Assembly: GCA_030602785.1 (NCBI GenBank)
Contig: JAUVZB010000007.1
Coordinates: forward strand, 1,420-65,419
Length of the DNA stretch: 64,000 bases
Source of the DNA: Dehalococcoidia bacterium
GTDB taxonomy: Bacteria; Chloroflexota; Dehalococcoidia; GIF9; AB-539-J10
Reading direction: 5' to 3'
In this document: one piece after another, positions 39,210 to 49,439 of the stretch
Layout: each line of letters begins with the position of its first letter
How positions within the stretch are numbered: the first letter of the stretch is position 1
Position numbers and translations under genes: made by a program
Notes under the pieces: generated by a model
The model's input: only the letters and a program-made list of their open reading frames with translations
What the model was told of the DNA's origin: nothing
Database searches by the model: none

Positions 39210-40565
39210 GTGGACTACTCGAGCGTCGAGCGCTACCTGGACTCATTCGTCAACTACGAGGTGGTGCCCGGCTTCGGCTTCGCCTCGGCGGGCTACGACC
39301 TCGGCCACGTCAACGAACTGCTGCGCCGTCTGGGTGATCCTCACCGGGCGCCGTGCACGGTTCACGTTGCAGGGAGCAAGGGTAAGGGCAGCGTTGCGGC
39401 GATGGTTGCGAGCGCGTTGAGCGCGTGCGGCCACAGGACAGGACTCTACACTTCTCCTCACCTGCTCCACCTGGGCGAGCGCATCAGGGTGGACGGGGCT
39501 TGTGTCTCTCCAGGGGAACTCGATGCTGTATTGCAGGCCATCCGCCCGTACTTGGATGATGTTCTCGCGGAGCCGCGCGGGCGCCGTCTAACCTACTTCG
39601 AGATACTGACCATCCTCGCCTTCTGCCACTTTCGGGAAAGGAGGGTCGAGGTCCAGGTCCTCGAGGTGGGGTTGGGTGGCAGGCTGGACGCGACCAATGT
39701 AGTGACGCCGGACCTCTGTGTCATAACACCCATAAGCATCGAACACACGACAGTCCTGGGCGATACGGTTGAAAAGATAGCCCGGGAGAAGGCGGGAATC
39801 ATCAAGCCCGGTGCAATCGTGGTGAGTGCGCCCCAGTTACCGGAGGCTGGACGGGTGATTGAGGCCGTCTGTCGCGATAAGGACGTCCAGCTTGTGCGGG
39901 TCGGTGAGGATGTCTGCTGGAGTGTTGAGGACCAGGACCTCTCGGGACAGAGCGTCCGTGTGGAAGGCTCGTTTGGAGTGAGGAGTGTCCGGGTTTCTCT
40001 GGCCGGTTCCTTTCAGGCTGAGAACGTCGCCACAGCTGTAGCCGCGCTGCAGGCGCTCCGTGGACGGGATCTCTGCCTCGATGAAAAGTGCATGGCCAGT
40101 GGATTGGGTGATGTGGAGTGGCCCGGGAGGTTCCAGGTGCTGCGCGAACATCCTCTCCTGCTGCTGGATGGGGCGCACAACGCTGCCTCGATGCGGAGAC
40201 TGGCTGAGAGTCTCGACGCGCTCAGGGTGCGAGGGAGCACGGTGTTTGTTCTCGGGTTCTCCGGCGACAAGGATATCGAGGGAACCGCAGCGGAGCTGGT
40301 GAGGCTGGGGGGACGGTTCGTCGTGACCCGCTCAACGCAGGCGCGAGCGGCAGAGCCGCGTGATGTCGCTGCCCGCCTCGGTGGTCTCGGCATAAGCGTG
40401 GTGACAGAGATGGAACCGGGAAGGGCGCTCATCCGGGCGGGAGAGATGGTGGGCAGTGACGGAATGGTCTGCGTGACAGGGTCGCTGTATCTTGTAGCGG
40501 ACGTGCTGCGGCTGTGGCAGGAGGAAGGCATGTACATGTGCTGGAAGGGCGGCCCGCCGACGTAA
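39210..40565 (+). CDS. folC: Dihydrofolate synthase/folylpolyglutamate synthase
   Basis: Mur-ligase P-loop VAGSKGKGS. GTG start. TATAAT located 11 nt upstream. Confidence 0.85.
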   Translation: MDYSSVERYLDSFVNYEVVPGFGFASAGYDLGHVNELLRRLGDPHRAPCTVHVAGSKGKGSVAAMVASALSACGHRTGLYTSPHLLHLGERIRVDGACVSPGELDAVLQAIRPYLDDVLAEPRGRRLTYFEILTILAFCHFRERRVEVQVLEVGLGGRLDATNVVTPDLCVITPISIEHTTVLGDTVEKIAREKAGIIKPGAIVVSAPQLPEAGRVIEAVCRDKDVQLVRVGEDVCWSVEDQDLSGQSVRVEGSFGVRSVRVSLAGSFQAENVATAVAALQALRGRDLCLDEKCMASGLGDVEWPGRFQVLREHPLLLLDGAHNAASMRRLAESLDALRVRGSTVFVLGFSGDKDIEGTAAELVRLGGRFVVTRSTQARAAEPRDVAARLGGLGISVVTEMEPGRALIRAGEMVGSDGMVCVTGSLYLVADVLRLWQEEGMYMCWKGGPPT

Positions 40566-40595
40566 GAACGGGCCGGCACGGTGCTGAGCCGCTGC

Positions 40596-40859
40596 CTACT
40601 CCTCGGGCAAGGATGCCAGAGCCTCTTTAGGAAGCTCCAGTTTGAACATCTCCTGCAGTGCCATTACATGGCTGCAGGTTTCCCACTGCCCGAAGAAAGA
40701 GCAGGTGCAACTCCACTTGCCGTCGGAGTAGCTGAGCTTATGTTCGGCGTTCTCGCCATGAAAATCGGCCGTGAGGCCACTCAACGTCACACGGCCCGGT
40801 TCTTTCGCATATCGTCTGGCCTTCTCAATCTTTCCGATCAGGCTTGACCTCATCCGCAC
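40596..40859 (-). CDS. Small SWIM zinc-finger protein
   Basis: 87 aa with a CxCx(n)CxH pattern (KWSCTCSFFGQWETCSHVMA). Confidence 0.5.
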   Translation of the reverse strand: MRMRSSLIGKIEKARRYAKEPGRVTLSGLTADFHGENAEHKLSYSDGKWSCTCSFFGQWETCSHVMALQEMFKLELPKEALASLPEE

Positions 40860-41275
40860 GCCCTCCTTGCGAAATCAGTAGCACACAGAGGCGAAGCGCA
40901 GAGGTTGTGGGTGGGGTTAAGCAACGCCCTGTCTGCAATAAAAAGTATATCTCAGGGGGGGAGGAAACGCTAACCACCGCAGCGTTTGCCGGGGGAAATG
41001 CAACCAGGAAAAGGGGAGTAGAAGATGAGAAAAGGGCTGTTCAGTGCCGACGTCGGTGTTCACGTCGATCCTGAGGGACTCGTCGAGGTCCGGGTGCGGA
41101 AGAAATGCCACGTTCTTCGTGGAGAGTGGCGGTGTATGCGACGAACATGCTGTTCAGCGGGACGCGCTGAAAGTTGGCGAGGCAGATAGCGCCGGACTGC
41201 GACAGCTTTTGCCCCCGCCGTCCCGCGTGCGATAGAATATGTCACCTGCGACTATCCCCACGGTGCTGGCTCCCT

Positions 41276-42634
41276 ATGAGAAATCGTCTTTCTGAAGCAC
41301 TGCGCAATCACAACGCGGACTACGTCGAGATCCGCTACGAAGAGCGGACCGTGTCCCGCATCAACTACCGCGGGCGGCAGCTCGATGAGGCAAGCCTCAC
41401 GAGTGACACCGGCGGCTGCGTCCGCGCGCTTGTGGACGGCGGCTGGGGATTCGCGAGCTTCAACGACACCGATGCCCTGCGCGAGAGCGTTGCCCGCGCA
41501 GTCGAGGACGCGCGTCACGCGAGTGGCGAGGCTCTCGTGCTGCCGGAGCGGCAGCCATGCGAGGCCAGTGTGGCCTGTCTGCCTGCACGAAGCGTGGCAG
41601 CCGTGCCCCTTGAAGAGAAGAAGGGGCTTCTCGACGAGTACAACGATATCATTATGTCCAGCCCGAGGATTCAGAGCTCGCAGGTCTCCTACGCCGATGC
41701 CGAGCGCACCGTGCGCTATGCTGCCTCGGATGGCAGCTACATCGAGCAGAGGGTCCCCGACCTCTCGCTCCGCCTCACCGCGATTGCCCGTGACGGTGAC
41801 GAGGTGCAGCAGGCCGGAGTGAGCCTGGGAAGCGTCGGGGAGTTCGCCGCCATCGTGGCGCTCCACGACAAGGCGCGGGACGTGGCGAGGCGCGCGGCCG
41901 CGCTTCTCGACGCACCGAACGTGAAAGGCGGCGAGTACACGGTCGTTCTAGACCCCGTCCTTGCGGGAGTATTCACGCACGAGGCGTTCGGGCACCTGTC
42001 TGAGGCGGACCTCGTCTATCAGAACCCGCAGCTCAGGAGGCTGATGGCGCTGGGCCGGAAGTTCGGGGCGTCGCATCTCAATATCGTTGACGACGCGACG
42101 CTGCCGTCGCTACGGGGTAGCTATGCCTACGACGACGAGGGAAGCCCGGGCCAGCGGACAGACCTGATACGCGAGGGAGTGCTGGTCGGCCGCCTGCATT
42201 CACGGGAGACGGCGGTGCGGATGAGCGAGACTCCCTCCGGCAACGCTCGCGCCATCAGCTACCGGCACAGCCCCATTGTCCGCATGAGCAACACCTATAT
42301 CGAGCCCGGCGACGTGTCGTTGAACGACATGCTCGCCGACATCGAAGAGGGGGTGTATGTGAAGGACTGGTACGGCGGGCAGACGAGCCTCGAGATGTTC
42401 ACGTTCTCGGCGGGCGAGGCCTACATGATACGCAACGGCAAACTGGCCGAGCTGCTCCGTCCGGTCGTGCTGACCGGCAACGTGTTCACGACGCTCGATC
42501 GCATCGATGCTATCGGAAACGATCTGGAGATGAACCAGGGTGGTGGTTGCGGCAAGGGCGGGCAGTCGCCCCTGCCGGTATCGAATGGCAGCCCCCACAT
42601 TCGCATCAGCCGCTGTATCGTAGGGGGCCGGTGA
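41276..42634 (+). CDS. tldD: Metalloprotease TldD
   Basis: VFTHEAFGHLSEADL (HExxxH) and GGCGKGGQ motifs. Start at MRNRLSEAL. The N-terminal extension in the track ORF is not family-like. Confidence 0.85.
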   Translation: MRNRLSEALRNHNADYVEIRYEERTVSRINYRGRQLDEASLTSDTGGCVRALVDGGWGFASFNDTDALRESVARAVEDARHASGEALVLPERQPCEASVACLPARSVAAVPLEEKKGLLDEYNDIIMSSPRIQSSQVSYADAERTVRYAASDGSYIEQRVPDLSLRLTAIARDGDEVQQAGVSLGSVGEFAAIVALHDKARDVARRAAALLDAPNVKGGEYTVVLDPVLAGVFTHEAFGHLSEADLVYQNPQLRRLMALGRKFGASHLNIVDDATLPSLRGSYAYDDEGSPGQRTDLIREGVLVGRLHSRETAVRMSETPSGNARAISYRHSPIVRMSNTYIEPGDVSLNDMLADIEEGVYVKDWYGGQTSLEMFTFSAGEAYMIRNGKLAELLRPVVLTGNVFTTLDRIDAIGNDLEMNQGGGCGKGGQSPLPVSNGSPHIRISRCIVGGR

Positions 42635-43950
42635 TGGAGAAGCTGCTCGAGCTGGCCCTGCGTGAGTCACAGCAGGCGGAGGTCTTCGAGGTCCGTTCGG
42701 AGAGCAGGCTTGTCCATTTCGAAGCCAACCGGCTGAAGCAGGTCGAGACGAGGCAGAGCAGCAGCGTCGCGCTGAGACTCGTCCGGGACGGCAGGATAGG
42801 CTTCTCGTCCGCGAGTGGAGCCTTCAGTCCGGAGAAGCTGGTCGCGATGGCCGTCGAGACATCGTCCTTCGGCGCGCCGGCACGGCTCGCGTTTCCGGGT
42901 GCCCGGGAATTGCCGGCCATCCGCATATTTGACGAGAGAGTGGCCGCCCTCGAGGCCGGGCCGATGATTGAGATGGGCGCCGGGGTTATCGAGCGCGTCG
43001 CCGGCCGCTACGGCGACATACAGTGCGAGGGACTGGTGTCCAGGCATGTAGGCAGCGTGCGTATCATCAACAGCAACGGGCTGGATAGCTCGTTCCAGCA
43101 AACGGGACTTGCGTTGTCCATGGAAGGTATGCGCGTCGAGGACACGGATATGCTGTTCGTCGGCGATGCCGTCAGCTCCAGTGACCTGTTCCTCGCCGCG
43201 GATGTTGTCGCCGGGACGATGCTCCGGCAGATTGAACTTGCGTCCAGTCCTGCCTCTATCGGTTCGGGCAACTACCCTGTGTTGTTCACGCCACTTGGCG
43301 TCGGCGCCGCACTGCTGGGGCCGCTGGCGGTGGCGTTCAACGGCAAGAACGTCGTCGAGAAAGCGTCGCGGCTTGCGAATCGGCAGGGAGAGCAGGTATT
43401 TGATGCCGGGCTCTCAGTGTGGGATGATGCGACCCTTGATGGCAGACCGTCAAGCACTCCATTTGATGATGAGGGAACACCCCGCCGTCGAATCCGGCTC
43501 ATCGAGAGCGGCGTTGTGCGCGAGTTCATCTACGACCTCCAGACTGCGGCCGAGGTAGGTGCGGAGAGCACAGGCAGCGGACAGCGGGCGAATGCCCGCA
43601 GCCAGGTGAGGCCGGGGATGAGCGCGTTCGTGCTGGACGAGGGGCAAGTCACGTTCGAAGAGATGCTTGCGGGAATGGATGAGGGACTTGTCGTGGAGGA
43701 ACTGATCGGCGCGAACCAGGGCAACCTGCTTGCGGGGGACTTCGGAGGCAACGTTCTGCTTGGCTACAAGGTCGAGAAGGGCGAGATAGTTGGTAGAGTC
43801 AAGGACACGATGGTTGCCGGCAACATCATGGATGTTCTGCGCCACGTGGCGGCAGTCGGCAGTGACCGGCGCTGGGTTGGTGGCAGCCTGCGGACGCCCT
43901 CGCTGCTGTGTGACGATGTCTCTGTGTCCGCGAGAGGAGGTGCGGCATGA
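42634..43950 (+). CDS. pmbA: TldD/PmbA-family protein (PmbA/TldE-like partner)
   Basis: TldD/PmbA fold. ATG at 42634 overlaps the tldD TGA as ATGA. Start at MEKLLELAL. Confidence 0.8.
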   Translation: MEKLLELALRESQQAEVFEVRSESRLVHFEANRLKQVETRQSSSVALRLVRDGRIGFSSASGAFSPEKLVAMAVETSSFGAPARLAFPGARELPAIRIFDERVAALEAGPMIEMGAGVIERVAGRYGDIQCEGLVSRHVGSVRIINSNGLDSSFQQTGLALSMEGMRVEDTDMLFVGDAVSSSDLFLAADVVAGTMLRQIELASSPASIGSGNYPVLFTPLGVGAALLGPLAVAFNGKNVVEKASRLANRQGEQVFDAGLSVWDDATLDGRPSSTPFDDEGTPRRRIRLIESGVVREFIYDLQTAAEVGAESTGSGQRANARSQVRPGMSAFVLDEGQVTFEEMLAGMDEGLVVEELIGANQGNLLAGDFGGNVLLGYKVEKGEIVGRVKDTMVAGNIMDVLRHVAAVGSDRRWVGGSLRTPSLLCDDVSVSARGGAA

Positions 43951-44798
43951 CCGGGCGCAAAGCTGAGAAGAACCCGACCATTACCCTGACGGAGCAACCG
44001 CAGGCCGAGAAACTCGTGATGCTCGCGTCCTGGCCGGGCATCGGCAACGTCTCGCCTATCCTGGCGCATTATCTGAAGGAAAAGCTGAGGGCGCACGAAA
44101 TAGGAGAGATAGACCCGGTCTACTTCTTCGAGCCCGTCGGCGTGATGGTCAAGGACAACGTTGTTGAGCGGCCGCGCTTCCCCGAGAGCAAGTTCTACTA
44201 CTGGGAGGATGCCGATGCGAAGACCGGGCTCGTGCTCTTCATCGGCGAGGAACAGCCTCGATCAAAGGGCTATGAGATGGTTGAGGCGGTCCTTGACGCC
44301 GCCGAGCAGCTTGGCGTGAGCAGGATATTCAGCTGCGCCGCTGCGGTTACGAAGATACACTACACCGAGGAGACGAAGGTCTGGGGCGTAGCGACGAGGC
44401 AGGAATTGCTCGATGAGTTCAGCAGACACAGCGTTGTATTGCGAGGCACGCTCCGTATTGCGGGGCTTAATGGACTGGTGCTTGGCAGGGCTAAAGAGAG
44501 AGGAATCGATGGGCTCTGTCTGCTGGGAGAGGTTCCCGGCTTCGCGACGCAGATGGCGCATCCCAAGGCGGCGCTCGCCGTCCTGAGCATCTTCGCCGAG
44601 ATGCTCGACATGGAGGTTGACACGGACGAGCTGGAGGCGATGGCGAAGCAGTCAGAGGCGGAGATGGATGTCATATCCAAGCAGGCGACTGCGGCGTATA
44701 TCGACCAGTTCACCGAGCCTATCTGGGAGCAGGAGGAAGGGAGCGGGGAGGAAGAAGAGAGCGACGAGGATGACGAGGGTGACTTTGGTCGCAATTGA
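43947..44798 (+). CDS. PAC2-family protein (proteasome-assembly-chaperone-2-like) with an acidic C-terminal tail
   Basis: WPGIGNVSPILAHYL... is PAC2-like. The C-terminus EEGSGEEEESDEDDEGDF is highly acidic. Start overlaps the pmbA stop. Confidence 0.55.
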   Translation: MTGRKAEKNPTITLTEQPQAEKLVMLASWPGIGNVSPILAHYLKEKLRAHEIGEIDPVYFFEPVGVMVKDNVVERPRFPESKFYYWEDADAKTGLVLFIGEEQPRSKGYEMVEAVLDAAEQLGVSRIFSCAAAVTKIHYTEETKVWGVATRQELLDEFSRHSVVLRGTLRIAGLNGLVLGRAKERGIDGLCLLGEVPGFATQMAHPKAALAVLSIFAEMLDMEVDTDELEAMAKQSEAEMDVISKQATAAYIDQFTEPIWEQEEGSGEEEESDEDDEGDFGRN

Positions 44799-44832
44799 CC
44801 ACCCGTAGCCATGATGCTAGTATCAGTTCTGG

Positions 44833-45432
44833 ATGTCGGCTCTCACTGAGCTCTGTCGCCAGATGGCGAGCTGTCAGGCGTGTGACTTGGCGCAACTGCG
44901 TACCAGGGTTGTGCCTGGCGAAGGAGCAGAGGACGCTGACATTCTCTTCATCGGCGAAGCGCCCGGGTTCAATGAGGACAGGGAAGGGAGGCCGTTCGTC
45001 GGCGCAGCCGGAGCTTTCCTCGACGAGTTGCTATCATCCATCGGTCTCTCCCGCAAGGACGTATACATCGCGAATGTCATCAAGTGCCGGCCTCAGGGGA
45101 ACCGCGACCCGCTTCCCGCCGAGATCAAGGCGTGCAAGCCGTGGCTCGACCGGCAGATTGAATTGATACAGCCGAAAATAGTAGTGACGCTGGGCCGCTA
45201 CTCGCTGGCCCGCTACATAGCCACCGAAAGCATCGGCAAAGTGCACGGCAAGCCTCGCAAGATTGGCGATGTGCTGTGTTTCCCGATGTACCATCCTGCG
45301 GCGGCCCTCCACCAGGGCAGCCTGCGAAAGGTGATTGAAGAAGATATGCGCCGGCTCCCACAATTGCTCAGAGACATCGGCAGTTTCACTGATGTGACCG
45401 AGGAGAGTGGCCGGCAGCTGGATCTCTTTTAG
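44833..45432 (+). CDS. Uracil-DNA glycosylase, family 4 (Fe-S)
   Basis: CQACDL, GEAPGFNED, ANVIKCRP and HPAAAL motifs. Confidence 0.85.
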   Translation: MSALTELCRQMASCQACDLAQLRTRVVPGEGAEDADILFIGEAPGFNEDREGRPFVGAAGAFLDELLSSIGLSRKDVYIANVIKCRPQGNRDPLPAEIKACKPWLDRQIELIQPKIVVTLGRYSLARYIATESIGKVHGKPRKIGDVLCFPMYHPAAALHQGSLRKVIEEDMRRLPQLLRDIGSFTDVTEESGRQLDLF

Positions 45433-45440
45433 GTAGAGCC

Positions 45441-47186
45441 ATGCCAGAAAAATACTCGCTTCAGAGCTCCCCACAGACAACACAGCCGTCACGTTCATCT
45501 TCGCGCCGCCGCCGATCAAGAAAGAAATCCAGCCCGCCGAGTCTGCGGCTCATCCCTCTGGGGGGACTGGGGCAGATCGGCAAGAACATGATGCTGCTGG
45601 AGTGCGGAGACGACATCGTTGTCATCGACTCCGGGCTCATGTTCCCGAGTGAGGAGATGCTCGGCGTCGATATCATCATTCCGGACACGAGCTATCTGCT
45701 CAAGAACAGGGACAGGGTTCGCGGCCTCGTCATCACGCATGGTCATGAGGACCACATCGGCGCAGTCCCGCATCTGCTGCAGTCCCTGAATGTGCCCGTG
45801 TACGCGACAAAGCTGAGCGCCAGGCTCATCAGCATGGGGCTGAAGCAGAAGGGTGTCAAGGTCAAGGCGCAGATCAACGAGGTGGCTCCGGGCGATGTAA
45901 TACGGCTCGGTTGCATGTCCGTGGAGATGTTCCCCGTGTGTCACAGCATACCTGACGCTGCGGGGCTCGTTATCCAGACGCCACTCGGGACCATCGTTCA
46001 TACAGGGGACTTCAAGCTGGACCACAACCCCGTCATTGGGGAGCCGACTGACCTGCACCGCCTCGCGATCATCGGCACTCAGCAGGTGTTGTTGCTCCTT
46101 TCCGACTCGACGTACGCCGAATTGCCCGGTTACACGCCGTCCGAGCAGACCGTGACGGAAAGCCTGGACCGTATCATAGCCGGAGCGCAGGGCAGGGTCA
46201 TTATCGCAACCTTCTCCTCCCTGGTGGCGCGGATACAGCAGGCGATGGACATCGCCGCCAAGTACAAGCGCCACGTCTTCGTCACCGGTCGCTCGATGGA
46301 GGGAATGGTCAAGGTTGCCTCGGAAGCGGGATACCTGAGAATCCCTGCAAGCACACTGAGCAAGTACGAACAGGTACACAACCTTCCGCCTGACAGAGTC
46401 GTTATCCTTACGACAGGCACACAGGGGGAGCCCACGTCGGCGCTCGTGCGCATGGGCAATGGAGAGCACTCCCAGGTGCGGATTATGCCCGGCGACACTG
46501 TAGTGATGTCGGCGACTCCCATTCCCGGAAACGAGGCGCTGGTGAGCAGGACCATCAACAAGCTCTTCAGGCTCGGGGCGGATGTCGTCTACGGGCCCCA
46601 GTCGCGGGTTCACGTCCACGGGCACGGCAGTGAAGAGGAGCTGAAGACGATTCTCAATCTCGTAAGGCCGAAGTACTTCATGCCCGTACATGGCGAGTAC
46701 CGGCATCTGGCCAGGCATGCGAAACTTGCCGAGGACATGGGTATCGCGGGTGACAATATCTTCATACTGGACAACGGGGACGTGCTCGAGATTGGCGTGA
46801 ATGGAGCGAAGGTTGCGGGCAAGGTTCCCGCAGGGGATATCATGGCCAACGGACTCATCACGGCAGAGCTGGACAGCGGTATGCTACGTGACCGCAGGCT
46901 GCTCTCCCGCGACGGTGTGGTAGTGGTGACCGTTGTACTTTCGCGCGGGACAGGCCAGCCTGTCGGCGAGCCACAGATAGTAGGCAAGGGCTTCGTAGAC
47001 GCGGGGCAGAGCAGCGAGATGTGGAGTGGAGGCCAGAAGGCCGTGGCGAGTGCCATCGCGCACAGCCAGGGAACTGGAAAGGGGCGCGGTGCCATGGAGG
47101 CCAGCGTGAGAGAGGCCCTGGCCAGGTACTTCTACGAGAAGACGCATAGAAGGCCCGTTATTGTCCCCATCGTCACGGAAGTGTAA
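45441..47186 (+). CDS. rnj: Ribonuclease J
   Basis: Metallo-beta-lactamase HGHEDHIG and a beta-CASP domain. 581 aa with an Arg/Ser-rich N-terminal tail. Confidence 0.85.
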   Translation: MPEKYSLQSSPQTTQPSRSSSRRRRSRKKSSPPSLRLIPLGGLGQIGKNMMLLECGDDIVVIDSGLMFPSEEMLGVDIIIPDTSYLLKNRDRVRGLVITHGHEDHIGAVPHLLQSLNVPVYATKLSARLISMGLKQKGVKVKAQINEVAPGDVIRLGCMSVEMFPVCHSIPDAAGLVIQTPLGTIVHTGDFKLDHNPVIGEPTDLHRLAIIGTQQVLLLLSDSTYAELPGYTPSEQTVTESLDRIIAGAQGRVIIATFSSLVARIQQAMDIAAKYKRHVFVTGRSMEGMVKVASEAGYLRIPASTLSKYEQVHNLPPDRVVILTTGTQGEPTSALVRMGNGEHSQVRIMPGDTVVMSATPIPGNEALVSRTINKLFRLGADVVYGPQSRVHVHGHGSEEELKTILNLVRPKYFMPVHGEYRHLARHAKLAEDMGIAGDNIFILDNGDVLEIGVNGAKVAGKVPAGDIMANGLITAELDSGMLRDRRLLSRDGVVVVTVVLSRGTGQPVGEPQIVGKGFVDAGQSSEMWSGGQKAVASAIAHSQGTGKGRGAMEASVREALARYFYEKTHRRPVIVPIVTEV

Positions 47187-47192
47187 GCAGAT

Positions 47193-49439
47193 ATGGCGAG
47201 CAGAGCGCGCAAGAGTGTTGTGAAGTCGAGGCAACGGAAATCTGCGTCGCGCGGGCGGAGTGAGACAGGACCGCCGCGCCGCGGGGTGCCACTCAAGGTA
47301 GTGGGCCGGCTGCTGCTTGTCATCGCTGTCGGCGCGGCGGCAGTCATGTTCGGCCCGCTGCTCGCCTCCGTCGGGGCGGGTCTCTGGCAGCAACTCCTGT
47401 CGCTCTTCGGTCTGGGGCTCATACTGCTTGCTGTAGCCATAGGCATTCTGATCTGGCTTATCTGGAGCGGGTTCGGCCCGCTCGCGCAGCGCTGGAATGT
47501 GTTTCTCGGCGCAGCCCTCGCAGGTATCGCCCTCTGGGGTTTTCTCGGACTCTTGAGACCGGCTGGAGGCATCTTCTGGACGGTAACGCTCGGCGGCCAG
47601 GTTGGCCAGGCGATAGCGGGTCCGCCCGGCGTGTGGGGGGCCGTGCGCCTGTCCGCACTGTTTGTCTTGGGTCTGATTCTTGTGGCGCCGCAGCCGCTTG
47701 TTCGCACAATGCGCTGGCTCTTTCGTCCGCGACCACGGCCGGTGCGGCCTTCCCCCGTAGTCAGCTATGACAGGCTGGTGACACGGGAGCCGGCGAGCCG
47801 GTCGGTCCTGCCCGTGGACGAGCCCGTGCGGACAGAGGCGAAGGCTGCGGCAAGGTCCGATGAGATGTCGAGGGCTTCGGCGGGTGTGCCCACGCTGGCG
47901 CCCGAGAAGCGGGCATTCCGTATCGGCAGGAAGGAGGCCGAGCCGCCTCCGGCTCCGGCCGTCGAACCGATGCGCGAGCCGGTCATGACCGTCGGAGGCT
48001 GGCGGATTCCACCGGTTGATGTACTCGAGAAGCCGAAGGAAGCGGTGCTGAACCAGGAGGAGATCGACAAGCGCGCACGGCATATCGAGGAAGCTCTGGA
48101 GAGCTACGGTGTTGAGGGAAAGGTCGTGCAGATAAACACCGGCCCGACCGTGACACAGTTTGGTATCGAGCCGGGCTGGCTCCGCAAGTACAGGAAGGTT
48201 GTTGACAATGGTCAAGAGCGACAGGAAGAGGTGTCCAGGACCAGGATCCGAGTCGACCGCATAACGGCGCTGGGCAACGACCTGGCGCTTGCACTGGCTG
48301 CCCCCAGCATACGCATCGAGGCTCCCATTCCAGGCAAATCCATGGTTGGAATCGAGGTGCCGAACTCGGCGTTCGGTTCGGTGGCGCTACGAAGCGTCAT
48401 AGAGAGCCCGTCGTTCCAGAAGGTGCAAGCGAGATCGAAGCTGGGGGTGGCTCTCGGCAAGGGCGCCGGAGGAGAATCCGTCGCCGGCGACCTCACGAAG
48501 ATGCCACACCTGCTCATCGCAGGGGCGACGGGAAGCGGCAAGACGGTCTGTCTCGACTCCATCATCTGCTGCCTCCTGATGCACAACAGCCCGGACGACC
48601 TGCGCTTCCTGCTCGTAGACCCGAAGCGAGTGGAGCTGGTCGCCTTCGGAGAGGTGCCGCACTTGGCGGCGCCGGTTGTCGTCGACTCGGACAAGGCTGT
48701 CAAAGTGTTGCGCTGGTTGGGTGTCGAGATGGACCGACGCTACCGCGAGTTCGCGAAGGCGAAGGCGCGCAATATCGAGGCGTACAACAAAGACCGTCTC
48801 CCCGGCGAGGCGCTGCCGTACCTCGTCCTTGTTGTGGATGAGCTGGCCGACCTGATGATGACGGCATTTGACGAGGTGGAACACGCGCTCTGCCGTCTCG
48901 CACAGCTCGCGCGTGCAACCGGAATACACCTCATAGTGGCGACGCAGAGACCGTCTGTCGACGTTGTCACAGGACTCATCAAGGCCAATTTCCCTACGCG
49001 TATCAGCTTCGCGGTCACGTCGCAGGTCGACTCGCGCACAATCCTTGACACGGTGGGTGCGGAGAAGCTGCTGGGACGCGGCGACATGCTCTATCTGCCC
49101 AGCGAAGCCAGCCGGCCGAAGCGTCTCCAGGGCACCTTTGTGGGTGATGCCGAGATAGAAAAGCTCGTGGAGTTCTGGGTCGGACAGCGTCGTCCCGAGA
49201 AGCCTATCGTCGACCTCGACGAAGTCGCAGAGGGGCCGGGGCGGAGGATTCCAGTCGAAGACCCCATGCTGGAAGAGGCGCGCAAGCTTGCTGCGGAACA
49301 CGCGCAGATATCTGCCTCGTTCCTGCAACGGCGGCTTCGCATCGGCTATCCGCGGGCGGCAAGGATAATGGAGGAACTCGAGAGCGAACTCGAGAGAGAA
49401 GAAGCGGAGCAGGAAGAGCGACCTGCGCCGTGGAGCTAG
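47193..49439 (+). CDS. ftsK: DNA translocase FtsK/SpoIIIE
   Basis: N-terminal TM helices, AAA+ motor (AGATGSGKTVCL, LVVDELADLM) and a C-terminal gamma (winged-helix) domain. Confidence 0.85.
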   Translation: MASRARKSVVKSRQRKSASRGRSETGPPRRGVPLKVVGRLLLVIAVGAAAVMFGPLLASVGAGLWQQLLSLFGLGLILLAVAIGILIWLIWSGFGPLAQRWNVFLGAALAGIALWGFLGLLRPAGGIFWTVTLGGQVGQAIAGPPGVWGAVRLSALFVLGLILVAPQPLVRTMRWLFRPRPRPVRPSPVVSYDRLVTREPASRSVLPVDEPVRTEAKAAARSDEMSRASAGVPTLAPEKRAFRIGRKEAEPPPAPAVEPMREPVMTVGGWRIPPVDVLEKPKEAVLNQEEIDKRARHIEEALESYGVEGKVVQINTGPTVTQFGIEPGWLRKYRKVVDNGQERQEEVSRTRIRVDRITALGNDLALALAAPSIRIEAPIPGKSMVGIEVPNSAFGSVALRSVIESPSFQKVQARSKLGVALGKGAGGESVAGDLTKMPHLLIAGATGSGKTVCLDSIICCLLMHNSPDDLRFLLVDPKRVELVAFGEVPHLAAPVVVDSDKAVKVLRWLGVEMDRRYREFAKAKARNIEAYNKDRLPGEALPYLVLVVDELADLMMTAFDEVEHALCRLAQLARATGIHLIVATQRPSVDVVTGLIKANFPTRISFAVTSQVDSRTILDTVGAEKLLGRGDMLYLPSEASRPKRLQGTFVGDAEIEKLVEFWVGQRRPEKPIVDLDEVAEGPGRRIPVEDPMLEEARKLAAEHAQISASFLQRRLRIGYPRAARIMEELESELEREEAEQEERPAPWS

